This document shows positions 10,201 to 24,875 of a stretch of DNA of 34,678 nucleotides, piece after piece. The notes beneath the pieces are model-generated. The model searched no databases. It saw only the letters and a list, made by a program, of their open reading frames with translations, and was not told where the DNA came from. Source of the stretch: Diplonema japonicum (lineage: Eukaryota; Protista; Euglenozoa: Diplonemea). The first letter of the stretch is position 1; each line of letters opens with the position of its first letter. Both the position numbers and the translations under genes were made by a program. Where the stretch lies: NCBI GenBank assembly GCA_964019335.1, contig OZ025774.1, positions 1 through 34,678 of the forward strand, read 5' to 3'.

Positions 10201-12495
10201 GGTACCTACCAATAAAGTGGTATTTGGGTATGCCCATAATCACCCCATATGACCTATCCTCTAGACACCCTATTATCTATGGTAGTACTACATGCCTCCA
10301 TTGTGCTCTATGCACTACATACTATGTATTCCCTATGTACATACAGTATGTATTGGTGTGCATGATATCATATACAGTACATAGCACTGCATCCTGTGCA
10401 TTGGTGCCATTGCCTGTGCTACTAGATATGCCCCTGTTCCTATCCTTCGTACTTCTCCAGATTAGCGGTTTATTAGTTCTCATGATTCCACTACTTCTGG
10501 TATTCCCTCTCTGCACACCTCTGTACTACTGACAGCACTAGATATCATAGTTAGCACAGTATGTATCCCCCTGTGCTCTATGCACTACATACTATGTATT
10601 CCCTATGTACATACAGTATGTATTGGTGTGCATGATATCATATACAGTACATGGCACCACCACAGCTACTGGTGGTATTACCTGTGTTAGCTGGAGATGG
10701 TGTACTTCATACTCCTGGTATTCTCTGAGTTAGTACTTCTAGTATTCCACAGGTTCCTCCACTCTCAGGATACCTGTGCTACTGATATCATACTATGTAC
10801 TAGCCATGATACCTATGACAGTACTACATGCATCCATTGCACATGTAGCACTACACAGGATATATGCTCATGCATACTGTGTGTGTACTGGTGGTAGGAT
10901 ATGCTCTATGCCACACACTCAGTGTATTGGTGGCATTACCTGTGTTAGTACTCCTGGTATTCCACTGGTTCCATACTCCTGTGTTCTCAGGGAATGGTGC
11001 CACTAGATATCTACTGCACAGCTAACATGGCATCTCCTTCTGTACTATGCCATGGTATGTACTACAGGATGTACTACATGCATCCATTGCACATGTAGCA
11101 CTACACAGGATATATGCTCATGCATACTGTGTGTATTGGTGTGCATGATATCATATACAGTACATGGCACCACCACAGCTACTGGTGGTATTACCTGTGT
11201 TAGCTAGAGATGGTGTACTTCAGGGATTCCCCAAGTTAGTGGTTCTCCTGATTCCACTGCTTCTCTGGGATCACTATCCTTCTCAGGATACCTCTGTACT
11301 ACTGACAGCACTAGATATCATAGTTAGCACAGTATGTATCCCCTGTGCTCTATGCACTGCACAGTATGTATCCCTATGTACATACAGTATGTATTGGTGT
11401 GCATGATATCATATACAGTACATAGCACTGCATCCTGTGCATTGGTGCCATTGCCTGTGCTACTAGGATATGACGTACTTCCCTAGTTCCATACTCCTGG
11501 TATTCTCTGAGTTAGTACTTTCCCTAACTTAGGGTTACCACCACTCTCAGGATACCTCTGTACTACTGACAGCACTAGATATCATAGTTAGCACAGTATG
11601 TATCCCCTGTGCTCTATGCACTACATACTATGTATTCCCTATGTACATACAGTATGTATTGGTGTGCATGATATCATATACAGTACATGGCACCACCACA
11701 GCTACTGGTGGTATTACCTGTGTTAGCTGGAGATGGTGTACTTCATACTCCTGGTATTCTCTGAGTTAGTACTTCTAGTATTCCACAGGTTCCTCCACTC
11801 TCAGGATACCTGTGCTACTGATATCATACTATGTACTAGCCATGATACCTATGACAGTACTACATTGCATCCATTGCACATGTAGCACTACACAGGATAT
11901 ATGCTCATGCATACTGTGTGTGTACTGGTGGTAGGATATGCTCTATGCCACACACTCAGTGTATTGGTGGCATTACCTGTGTTAGTACTCCTGGTATTCC
12001 ACTGGTTCCATACTCCTGTGTTCTCAGGGAATGGTGCCACTAGATATCTACTGCACAGCTAACATGGCATCTCCTTCTGTACTATGCCATGGTATGTACT
12101 ACAGGATGTACTACTGATATCATACTATCTGTATTGGGGATACATCCTCTGTGTGTCTGCCCATACTTAGGATAGTACTGCTTAGAGGTATTCATGCTTA
12201 GTTAGTATCCTTACCAGCATGTTCTCCTCATTATGAGGTACATGGTTGGTAGAGTATACCGCCACCATCCTCATGAGATGGTATGGCTAGAGAGCACACC
12301 ACATCCTTGGGATGCATTGGTGTGTGTACTCCCAGGATATACATGCCTGTACTCTCTGTACTACTGATAGTACTACATGCATTACCTGTGCTAGCTAGGA
12401 ATGGTATGAGTACTTACCACTGTACTTACTACAGGATGTACTATTGGTAGTACTGGTAGCACTACATTGTATCCACAGCACAGGGATGTACTTCC

Positions 12496-12750
12496 CTCTG
12501 CTATGCTCTATTAGTAGTGCTTGATGACCTCGTAGTCTTCTACGCTCTCTTTGAGGTCATGCTCCTGCTTATCTATGGGTACATGCACCAGCACAGTGTG
12601 AGCAGCAGAAGTGCTTATGCCATGTACATGTTAGCTACGTACACAGTGCTTGGCTCTGCTGTGTTAGCTGTAGCTATGATACTGATGTACATACTCACAG
12701 GAGCTAGTGCTTCCATGTACATGAGTGCAGTACTTCCTTCTCTGCTTAAC
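12496..12750 (+). CDS. nad4: nad4 internal module, copy 3
   Basis: Same translation as 431-685. Confidence 0.88.
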
Positions 12751-13013
12751 TAGGATATCCTACTGACAGTACTGGTGGTATTCCCACAGGCATTGTTGCC
12801 TAGGATGTACACCACCACTCCATCCCTAGAACAGGGATAATGGAGTAGCTACTGATAGTACTACATGCATTACCTGTGCTAGCTAGGAATGGTATGAGTA
12901 CTTACTACTGTACTTACTGATAGTATGACAGTACTGATGCAGCCACAGCATGAGCAGGAGCATCTCCTTCTCTGCTTAGCTAGGATGTACTACTGATAGT
13001 ACTGATAGCACTA

Positions 13014-13265
13014 CTACGGTGACTGTGCTGGTGCTGTTCACAGGAGCAGTATCTCGTAGAGCACCAGGTATCACAGAAGGACGAAGGCACCACTGTCTAG
13101 TGATCCACCAGCATGATGGCTAGATGGTATCCCTGCATCATAGCTGCTTACATCATGTACTAGCATCTGTAGGGATGCTGTGCTCTTGGCTAGGGCATAA
13201 GCTATGCTCATCATAGCTACACCTAATGCTAGAGCTACCATTCCCTGAGTATGATGATAGAGCAC
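13014..13265 (-). CDS. nad3: nad3-like module, copy 3
   Basis: Same translation as 949-1200. Confidence 0.68.
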
Positions 13266-16200
13266 TACATGAGTATGACATCATCTATAGTACTAGGATA
13301 TACTACTGATAGTACTGATAGCACTACATGCATTGGCATGAGTACTTACCATTGTACTTACTACAGGATATACTACTGATAGTACTAGTAGCACTACATG
13401 CATTGGCATGAGCAGGAGCATCTCCTTCTCTGCTCTACTGGATATACTCTCTGTAGTACTGGTGGTATTCCCACAGGCATTGTTGCCTAGGATGTACACC
13501 ACCACCATTCCCTTCTCTAGGGATAATGGAGTAGCTACAGTATGAGGTACATGGTTACTAGAGTATACCGCCACCATCCTCATGACTAGGATATGAGGTA
13601 CATGGTTACTAGAGTATACTGCCAGCATACTCTGTAGATGGTATGGCTAGAGAGCACAGCTGCTCTTCTAGTAGATAATACCTCTACTCTGTACATCCCA
13701 TGATCCATGCATGACATGATCTATGGTAATGATACCGTTAGTGGTATGCTCCATGATGTCATGGCTAGAGAGATGGTGTGTTCTCCCCACTCTCTGGATA
13801 TGCTGGCATCCTTAGGATGTACCATCATGCCATGATATGATAATACTACTACTATGATAAGTAGGCATACACACTGTGTTAGTGCTAGTACATGTATATC
13901 ATATACTGTATGTACTACTACACAGAGTACTTACATGATAAGTAGTATGCTGGTATCTCTACAGACACTCTCTCAGGATGTGGTGGTGTCTAGAGATGGT
14001 GGTCCAAGCTAGGGATCCTGGGATCTCTAGAGGTTGGGTCTCCACCCCTGGGATCCTGGGATCTAGAGAAGGGGTCCCCATCCCCAGGATGATGTCATGA
14101 GGGATGAGTAGGGCTATGATACCATTAATACAGTTAGTACATCATTATGTAATACTAGTATTATGCATGTACATATATCCCCCGTATGCATGGGATAGGT
14201 ATATGATACATACACAGTACTTACATAGTATGTAATGATAGTATTATAGTTATCTCTACAGACACTCTCAGGATGTAGTGGTGTCTAGAGATGGTATCCA
14301 AGCTAGGGATCCTGGGATCTAGAGGTTGGGTCTCCACCCCTGGGATCCTGGGATCTAGAGGTTGGGTCTCCACCCCAGGATGATGTCATGAGGGGATGAG
14401 TAGGGCTATGATACCATTAATACAGTTAGTACATCATTATGTAATACTAGTATTATGCATGTACATATATCCCCCGTATACATGGGATAGATATATGATA
14501 CATACACAGTACTTACATAGTATGTAATGATAGTATTATAGGTGGTAATAGGAGGGTATATTGAGGGGTCCCAGAAGGGCTGGATAAGGGGGCATGCTAG
14601 GGGTTTACGTCCCTGTAGCCCTCCGATTCCTGAACCCCTTCAGGGCTGTATCGGGTGAATTCGTAGAATTACCCCGTAGGAGCCCTGGAATGGTTTACGT
14701 CCCTGTAGCCCTCCAATATTGGGACACCTCTCTGGGCTCCTACGGGTGATTTCTGCAAATTAACCCGCTACGTCCCAGAGAATATCTACGTCCCTGTAGC
14801 CCTCCAATTCCTGAAACCCTTGTGGGACACTACGTAAGAATTATGCAAATTACCTCGCTATATCCCCCACGCGCGCGCGCGCGCGTAAGGATAACTGTTA
14901 GGATAGTAAGGTGCCCCCAAGGTGTCCCCAAAGGGGTAGGGTATAGGACCCCCAATATAAGGGGGGTACAGAGAGGGGGGTTAGGATAAGGGTCTAATAC
15001 ATATTAGTAGACAGTGTGTAGACAAGGGTTAGTTAGTAGACAGTGTGTAGGGGCTAATACCACAGTATACAAGGGATAATGTACTACCCCATACCAGTGG
15101 TTACATACTCTCTGCTAACAGTGTGTGTCCCTGGTAACAGTGTGTGTCCCTGCTAACAGGTACTTACTACAGGCCCCCAGACGTGCCCTGCTATGGAATC
15201 CCCTGTTATGAGATACCACCACCAGACACCCTACTTGTGCTACCCCCAGAGAACACACCCTTCTGCTGGTGTTCCTGTTAGTTGGTGTTATCCCCAGATG
15301 TATAGCTACACCCTTCTGGAGCACTGCTTGTGCTACTACATGTATTACTACACACTGTCTGTGTTACTCTCTGTGTTAGTGTGTAGTGTGTTACTGTACT
15401 TAGCTAAACAGTGTGCTTCCTCTTGTATGTTATGGATATCAGTACCTCTGGATATACTCCCCACAGGCCTCCGTACCCTGCTAACAGGTCCTAGCATCCC
15501 TAATCCCAGGATCTAAGGGTTCCGAGGGGTCCCAATCTAGGGTTTACGTCCCTGTAGCTATGCAATTCCTGAAACCCTTGTGGGACACTACGGATGAATT
15601 CGTAGAATTACCTCGCTATATCCCCCACGCGCGCGCGCGCGCGTAAGGACATGAGTCCATATACAGGTCTCTACACCCTAATCCCCAGGTTAAAGCACCC
15701 TTTCTAAGGATACCTCTGTACAGCACACCCGTTATCAGGGGTTACATACTCTCTGCTGTTCTCTGATAATGTGTAGTTACTGTACTTACTGTTATCCCAT
15801 GCATACTGTGGTATTACGTACTTCACTGTCTATGTTCCTGTGTTATGGTACTTAGCTAAACAGTGTGTCTGTACTACCACCTGTATATGCTCCCCACAGG
15901 TATCCCCAGATGTATAGCCACACCCTTATGGGATGATGTACTTACTATTAACATGTACTTCCATAGTTACTTACTTAGATACACTGTGTGAATACTGGTG
16001 CAACAACATATTCACTGTGTTACACTGTCTGTACTAATGGTAGCACTACATGTCCCTAATACTACAGTATACAAGGGATAATGTACTACCTACATATTAC
16101 TAGATATACCCTATACACCTAGATACCCCCTTTTAGGCCTGAAATGAGGTCCGAGGCTCACCGGGCCTTTTCCCAAAAAGGGGATATCATTTCTCAGAAT

Positions 16201-18536
16201 TGGTCTGGGACCATTCCCTTGAGTCTTCGAATAGAATGAGGTACCTACCAATAAAGTGGTATTTTGGGTATGCCCATAATCACCCCATATGACCTATCCT
16301 CTAGACACCCTATTATCTATGGTAGTACTACATGCCTCCATTGTGCTCTATGCACTACATACTATGTATTCCCTATGTACATACAGTATGTATTGGTGTG
16401 CATGATATCATATACAGTACATAGCACTGCATCCTGTGCATTGGTGCCATTGCCTGTGCTACTAGATATGCCCCTGTTCCTATCCTTCGTACTTCTCCAG
16501 ATTAGCGGTTTATTAGTTCTCATGATTCCACTACTTCTGGTATTCCCTCTCTGCACACCTCTGTACTACTGACAGCACTAGATATCATAGTTAGCACAGT
16601 ATGTATCCCCCTGTGCTCTATGCACTACATACTATGTATTCCCTATGTACATACAGTATGTATTGGTGTGCATGATATCATATACAGTACATGGCACCAC
16701 CACAGCTACTGGTGGTATTACCTGTGTTAGCTGGAGATGGTGTACTTCATACTCCTGGTATTCTCTGAGTTAGTACTTCTAGTATTCCACAGGTTCCTCC
16801 ACTCTCAGGATACCTGTGCTACTGATATCATACTATGTACTAGCCATGATACCTATGACAGTACTACATGCATCCATTGCACATGTAGCACTACACAGGA
16901 TATATGCTCATGCATACTGTGTGTGTACTGGTGGTAGGATATGCTCTATGCCACACACTCAGTGTATTGGTGGCATTACCTGTGTTAGTACTCCTGGTAT
17001 TCCACTGGTTCCATACTCCTGTGTTCTCAGGGAATGGTGCCACTAGATATCTACTGCACAGCTAACATGGCATCTCCTTCTGTACTATGCCATGGTATGT
17101 ACTACAGGATGTACTACATGCATCCATTGCACATGTAGCACTACACAGGATATATGCTCATGCATACTGTGTGTATTGGTGTGCATGATATCATATACAG
17201 TACATGGCACCACCACAGCTACTGGTGGTATTACCTGTGTTAGCTAGAGATGGTGTACTTCAGGGATTCCCCAAGTTAGTGGTTCTCCTGATTCCACTGC
17301 TTCTCTGGGATCACTATCCTTCTCAGGATACCTCTGTACTACTGACAGCACTAGATATCATAGTTAGCACAGTATGTATCCCCTGTGCTCTATGCACTAC
17401 ATACTATGTATTCCCTATGTACATACAGTATGTATTGGTGTGCATGATATCATATACAGTACATAGCACTGCATCCTGTGCATTGGTGCCATTGCCTGTG
17501 CTACTAGGATATGACGTACTTCCCTAGTTCCATACTCCTGGTATTCTCTGAGTTAGTACTTTCCCTAACTTAGGGTTACCACCACTCTCAGGATACCTCT
17601 GTACTACTGACAGCACTAGATATCATAGTTAGCACAGTATGTATCCCCTGTGCTCTATGCACTACATACTATGTATTCCCTATGTACATACAGTATGTAT
17701 TGGTGTGCATGATATCATATACAGTACATGGCACCACCACAGCTACTGGTGGTATTACCTGTGTTAGCTGGAGATGGTGTACTTCATACTCCTGGTATTC
17801 TCTGAGTTAGTACTTCTAGTATTCCACAGGTTCCTCCACTCTCAGGATACCTGTGCTACTGATATCATACTATGTACTAGCCATGATACCTATGACAGTA
17901 CTACATTGCATCCATTGCACATGTAGCACTACACAGGATATATGCTCATGCATACTGTGTGTGTACTGGTGGTAGGATATGCTCTATGCCACACACTCAG
18001 TGTATTGGTGGCATTACCTGTGTTAGTACTCCTGGTATTCCACTGGTTCCATACTCCTGTGTTCTCAGGGAATGGTGCCACTAGATATCTACTGCACAGC
18101 TAACATGGCATCTCCTTCTGTACTATGCCATGGTATGTACTACAGGATGTACTACTGATATCATACTATCTGTATTGGGGATACATCCTCTGTGTGTCTG
18201 CCCATACTTAGGATAGTACTGCTTAGAGGTATTCATGCTTAGTTAGTATCCTTACCAGCATGTTCTCCTCATTATGAGGTACATGGTTGGTAGAGTATAC
18301 CGCCACCATCCTCATGAGATGGTATGGCTAGAGAGCACACCACATCCTTGGGATGCATTGGTGTGTGTACTCCCAGGATATACATGCCTGTACTCTCTGT
18401 ACTACTGATAGTACTACATGCATTACCTGTGCTAGCTAGGAATGGTATGAGTACTTACCACTGTACTTACTACAGGATGTACTATTGGTAGTACTGGTAG
18501 CACTACATTGTATCCACAGCACAGGGATGTACTTCC

Positions 18537-18791
18537 CTCTGCTATGCTCTATTAGTAGTGCTTGATGACCTCGTAGTCTTCTACGCTCTCTTTGAGGTCA
18601 TGCTCCTGCTTATCTATGGGTACATGCACCAGCACAGTGTGAGCAGCAGAAGTGCTTATGCCATGTACATGTTAGCTACGTACACAGTGCTTGGCTCTGC
18701 TGTGTTAGCTGTAGCTATGATACTGATGTACATACTCACAGGAGCTAGTGCTTCCATGTACATGAGTGCAGTACTTCCTTCTCTGCTTAAC
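18537..18791 (+). CDS. nad4: nad4 internal module, copy 4
   Basis: Same translation as 431-685. Confidence 0.88.
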
Positions 18792-19054
18792 TAGGATATC
18801 CTACTGACAGTACTGGTGGTATTCCCACAGGCATTGTTGCCTAGGATGTACACCACCACTCCATCCCTAGAACAGGGATAATGGAGTAGCTACTGATAGT
18901 ACTACATGCATTACCTGTGCTAGCTAGGAATGGTATGAGTACTTACTACTGTACTTACTGATAGTATGACAGTACTGATGCAGCCACAGCATGAGCAGGA
19001 GCATCTCCTTCTCTGCTTAGCTAGGATGTACTACTGATAGTACTGATAGCACTA

Positions 19055-19306
19055 CTACGGTGACTGTGCTGGTGCTGTTCACAGGAGCAGTATCTCGTAG
19101 AGCACCAGGTATCACAGAAGGACGAAGGCACCACTGTCTAGTGATCCACCAGCATGATGGCTAGATGGTATCCCTGCATCATAGCTGCTTACATCATGTA
19201 CTAGCATCTGTAGGGATGCTGTGCTCTTGGCTAGGGCATAAGCTATGCTCATCATAGCTACACCTAATGCTAGAGCTACCATTCCCTGAGTATGATGATA
19301 GAGCAC
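19055..19306 (-). CDS. nad3: nad3-like module, copy 4
   Basis: Same translation as 949-1200. Confidence 0.68.
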
Positions 19307-22300
19307 TACATGAGTATGACATCATCTATAGTACTAGGATATACTACTGATAGTACTGATAGCACTACATGCATTGGCATGAGTACTTACCATTGTACTT
19401 ACTACAGGATATACTACTGATAGTACTAGTAGCACTACATGCATTGGCATGAGCAGGAGCATCTCCTTCTCTGCTCTACTGGATATACTCTCTGTAGTAC
19501 TGGTGGTATTCCCACAGGCATTGTTGCCTAGGATGTACACCACCACCATTCCCTTCTCTAGGGATAATGGAGTAGCTACAGTATGAGGTACATGGTTACT
19601 AGAGTATACCGCCACCATCCTCATGACTAGGATATGAGGTACATGGTTACTAGAGTATACTGCCAGCATACTCTGTAGATGGTATGGCTAGAGAGCACAG
19701 CTGCTCTTCTAGTAGATAATACCTCTACTCTGTACATCCCATGATCCATGCATGACATGATCTATGGTAATGATACCGTTAGTGGTATGCTCCATGATGT
19801 CATGGCTAGAGAGATGGTGTGTTCTCCCCACTCTCTGGATATGCTGGCATCCTTAGGATGTACCATCATGCCATGATATGATAATACTACTACTATGATA
19901 AGTAGGCATACACACTGTGTTAGTGCTAGTACATGTATATCATATACTGTATGTACTACTACACAGAGTACTTACATGATAAGTAGTATGCTGGTATCTC
20001 TACAGACACTCTCTCAGGATGTGGTGGTGTCTAGAGATGGTGGTCCAAGCTAGGGATCCTGGGATCTCTAGAGGTTGGGTCTCCACCCCTGGGATCCTGG
20101 GATCTAGAGAAGGGGTCCCCATCCCCAGGATGATGTCATGAGGGATGAGTAGGGCTATGATACCATTAATACAGTTAGTACATCATTATGTAATACTAGT
20201 ATTATGCATGTACATATATCCCCCGTATGCATGGGATAGGTATATGATACATACACAGTACTTACATAGTATGTAATGATAGTATTATAGTTATCTCTAC
20301 AGACACTCTCAGGATGTAGTGGTGTCTAGAGATGGTATCCAAGCTAGGGATCCTGGGATCTAGAGGTTGGGTCTCCACCCCTGGGATCCTGGGATCTAGA
20401 GGTTGGGTCTCCACCCCAGGATGATGTCATGAGGGGATGAGTAGGGCTATGATACCATTAATACAGTTAGTACATCATTATGTAATACTAGTATTATGCA
20501 TGTACATATATCCCCCGTATACATGGGATAGATATATGATACATACACAGTACTTACATAGTATGTAATGATAGTATTATAGGTGGTAATAGGAGGGTAT
20601 ATTGAGGGGTCCCAGAAGGGCTGGATAAGGGGGCATGCTAGGGGTTTACGTCCCTGTAGCCCTCCGATTCCTGAACCCCTTCAGGGCTGTATCGGGTGAA
20701 TTCGTAGAATTACCCCGTAGGAGCCCTGGAATGGTTTACGTCCCTGTAGCCCTCCAATATTGGGACACCTCTCTGGGCTCCTACGGGTGATTTCTGCAAA
20801 TTAACCCGCTACGTCCCAGAGAATATCTACGTCCCTGTAGCCCTCCAATTCCTGAAACCCTTGTGGGACACTACGTAAGAATTATGCAAATTACCTCGCT
20901 ATATCCCCCACGCGCGCGCGCGCGCGTAAGGATAACTGTTAGGATAGTAAGGTGCCCCCAAGGTGTCCCCAAAGGGGTAGGGTATAGGACCCCCAATATA
21001 AGGGGGGTACAGAGAGGGGGGTTAGGATAAGGGTCTAATACATATTAGTAGACAGTGTGTAGACAAGGGTTAGTTAGTAGACAGTGTGTAGGGGCTAATA
21101 CCACAGTATACAAGGGATAATGTACTACCCCATACCAGTGGTTACATACTCTCTGCTAACAGTGTGTGTCCCTGGTAACAGTGTGTGTCCCTGCTAACAG
21201 GTACTTACTACAGGCCCCCAGACGTGCCCTGCTATGGAATCCCCTGTTATGAGATACCACCACCAGACACCCTACTTGTGCTACCCCCAGAGAACACACC
21301 CTTCTGCTGGTGTTCCTGTTAGTTGGTGTTATCCCCAGATGTATAGCTACACCCTTCTGGAGCACTGCTTGTGCTACTACATGTATTACTACACACTGTC
21401 TGTGTTACTCTCTGTGTTAGTGTGTAGTGTGTTACTGTACTTAGCTAAACAGTGTGCTTCCTCTTGTATGTTATGGATATCAGTACCTCTGGATATACTC
21501 CCCACAGGCCTCCGTACCCTGCTAACAGGTCCTAGCATCCCTAATCCCAGGATCTAAGGGTTCCGAGGGGTCCCAATCTAGGGTTTACGTCCCTGTAGCT
21601 ATGCAATTCCTGAAACCCTTGTGGGACACTACGGATGAATTCGTAGAATTACCTCGCTATATCCCCCACGCGCGCGCGCGCGCGTAAGGACATGAGTCCA
21701 TATACAGGTCTCTACACCCTAATCCCCAGGTTAAAGCACCCTTTCTAAGGATACCTCTGTACAGCACACCCGTTATCAGGGGTTACATACTCTCTGCTGT
21801 TCTCTGATAATGTGTAGTTACTGTACTTACTGTTATCCCATGCATACTGTGGTATTACGTACTTCACTGTCTATGTTCCTGTGTTATGGTACTTAGCTAA
21901 ACAGTGTGTCTGTACTACCACCTGTATATGCTCCCCACAGGTATCCCCAGATGTATAGCCACACCCTTATGGGATGATGTACTTACTATTAACATGTACT
22001 TCCATAGTTACTTACTTAGATACACTGTGTGAATACTGGTGCAACAACATATTCACTGTGTTACACTGTCTGTACTAATGGTAGCACTACATGTCCCTAA
22101 TACTACAGTATACAAGGGATAATGTACTACCTACATATTACTAGATATACCCTATACACCTAGATACCCCCTTTTAGGCCTGAAATGAGGTCCGAGGCTC
22201 ACCGGGCCTTTTCCCAAAAAGGGGATATCATTTCTCAGAATTGGTCTGGGACCATTCCCTTGAGTCTTCGAATAGAATGAGGTACCTACCAATAAAGTGG

Positions 22301-24554
22301 TATTTTGGGTATGCCCATAATCACCCCATATGACCTATCCTCTAGACACCCTATTATCTATGGTAGTACTACATGCCTCCATTGTGCTCTATGCACTACA
22401 TACTATGTATTCCCTATGTACATACAGTATGTATTGGTGTGCATGATATCATATACAGTACATAGCACTGCATCCTGTGCATTGGTGCCATTGCCTGTGC
22501 TACTAGATATGCCCCTGTTCCTATCCTTCGTACTTCTCCAGATTAGCGGTTTATTAGTTCTCATGATTCCACTACTTCTGGTATTCCCTCTCTGCACACC
22601 TCTGTACTACTGACAGCACTAGATATCATAGTTAGCACAGTATGTATCCCCCTGTGCTCTATGCACTACATACTATGTATTCCCTATGTACATACAGTAT
22701 GTATTGGTGTGCATGATATCATATACAGTACATGGCACCACCACAGCTACTGGTGGTATTACCTGTGTTAGCTGGAGATGGTGTACTTCATACTCCTGGT
22801 ATTCTCTGAGTTAGTACTTCTAGTATTCCACAGGTTCCTCCACTCTCAGGATACCTGTGCTACTGATATCATACTATGTACTAGCCATGATACCTATGAC
22901 AGTACTACATGCATCCATTGCACATGTAGCACTACACAGGATATATGCTCATGCATACTGTGTGTGTACTGGTGGTAGGATATGCTCTATGCCACACACT
23001 CAGTGTATTGGTGGCATTACCTGTGTTAGTACTCCTGGTATTCCACTGGTTCCATACTCCTGTGTTCTCAGGGAATGGTGCCACTAGATATCTACTGCAC
23101 AGCTAACATGGCATCTCCTTCTGTACTATGCCATGGTATGTACTACAGGATGTACTACATGCATCCATTGCACATGTAGCACTACACAGGATATATGCTC
23201 ATGCATACTGTGTGTATTGGTGTGCATGATATCATATACAGTACATGGCACCACCACAGCTACTGGTGGTATTACCTGTGTTAGCTAGAGATGGTGTACT
23301 TCAGGGATTCCCCAAGTTAGTGGTTCTCCTGATTCCACTGCTTCTCTGGGATCACTATCCTTCTCAGGATACCTCTGTACTACTGACAGCACTAGATATC
23401 ATAGTTAGCACAGTATGTATCCCCTGTGCTCTATGCACTACATACTATGTATTCCCTATGTACATACAGTATGTATTGGTGTGCATGATATCATATACAG
23501 TACATAGCACTGCATCCTGTGCATTGGTGCCATTGCCTGTGCTACTAGGATATGACGTACTTCCCTAGTTCCATACTCCTGGTATTCTCTGAGTTAGTAC
23601 TTTCCCTAACTTAGGGTTACCACCACTCTCAGGATACCTCTGTACTACTGACAGCACTAGATATCATAGTTAGCACAGTATGTATCCCCTGTGCTCTATG
23701 CACTACATACTATGTATTCCCTATGTACATACAGTATGTATTGGTGTGCATGATATCATATACAGTACATGGCACCACCACAGCTACTGGTGGTATTACC
23801 TGTGTTAGCTAGAGATGGTGTAGTTCCATACTCCTGGTATTCTCTGAGTTAGTACTTCTAGTATTCCACAGGTTCCTCCACTCTCAGGATACCTGTGCTA
23901 CTGATATCATACTATGTACTAGCCATGATACCTATGACAGTACTACATGCATCCATTGCACATGTAGCACTACACAGGATATATGCTCATGCATACTGTG
24001 TGTGTACTGGTGGTAGGATATGCTCTATGCCACACACTCAGTGTATTGGTGGCATTACCTGTGTTAGTACTCCTGGTATTCCACTGGTTCCATACTCCTG
24101 TGTTCTCAGGGAATGGTGCCACTAGATATCTACTGCACAGCTAACATGGCATCTCCTTCTGTACTATGCCATGGTATGTACTACTGATATCATACTATCT
24201 GTATTGGGGATACATCCTCTGTGTGTCTGCCCATACTTAGGATAGTACTGCTTAGAGGTATTCATGCTTAGTTAGTATCCTTACCAGCATGTTCTCCTCA
24301 TTATGAGGTACATGGTTGGTAGAGTATACCGCCACCATCCTCATGAGATGGTATGGCTAGAGAGCACACCACATCCTTGGGATGCATTGGTGTGTGTACT
24401 CCCAGGATATGACATGCCTGTACTCTCTGTACTACTGATAGTACTACATGCATTACCTGTGCTAGCTAGGAATGGCATGAGTACTTACCATTGTACTTAC
24501 TACTGGATATACTACTGACAGTACTACATGCTTTCATGGTGTACATGACCTAGC

Positions 24555-24775
24555 ATTGCTGAGGAGGCTACTTCATTACCACCATCACAGTGCAGAGGAT
24601 GTTCACAGTGCACTTCCTTCTGCCCTTCGTAGTGCTAGCAGCAGTGATGGCTCATCTGCTATGCCTTCATTACATGGGATCAAGCAGTGCTAGCACATCA
24701 CCAGGCACAGCTGTAGATGCTGATGCCTTCCTCATGTACTACTACAAGGATGCAGTGTCTGTCTTAGCTGTGGCA
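24555..24775 (+). CDS. cob: Apocytochrome b module covering helix D and the Qi loop (the later of two pieces in protein order)
   Basis: CWGGYFITTITVQRMFTVHFLLPFVVLAAVMAHLLCLHYMGSS...AFLMYYYKD, with W from TGA at 24560. Contains WGG, heme-ligand His codons at 24611 and 24653 (14 residues apart), LH.xGS and KD motifs. Confidence 0.96.
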
Positions 24776-24875
24776 TAAGCAGGAGCATCTCCTTCTCTGC
24801 TTAGCTAGGATATACTACTGACAGTACTGATAGTACTACATGCATTCTCCTGTACTACTAGAGATAGTATGAGTA

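Larger units (their letters stand above)
6042..12065. repeat. Chromosome unit 2 (type A), 6024 bp
   Basis: Same cassette as unit 1. It lacks the 18-bp duplication near 2739 and has several SNPs/indels in the 294-bp repeats. Confidence 0.95.
12066..18106. repeat. Chromosome unit 3 (type A variant), 6041 bp
   Basis: Same cassette. Constant-region variants include an insertion near 15003-15025 and a changed segment near 14360-14375. Confidence 0.95.
18107..24147. repeat. Chromosome unit 4 (type A variant, 3' end switches to type B sequence), 6041 bp
   Basis: Appears the same as unit 3 up to ~23637, then carries type-B diagnostic bases from 23811. Confidence 0.92.
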
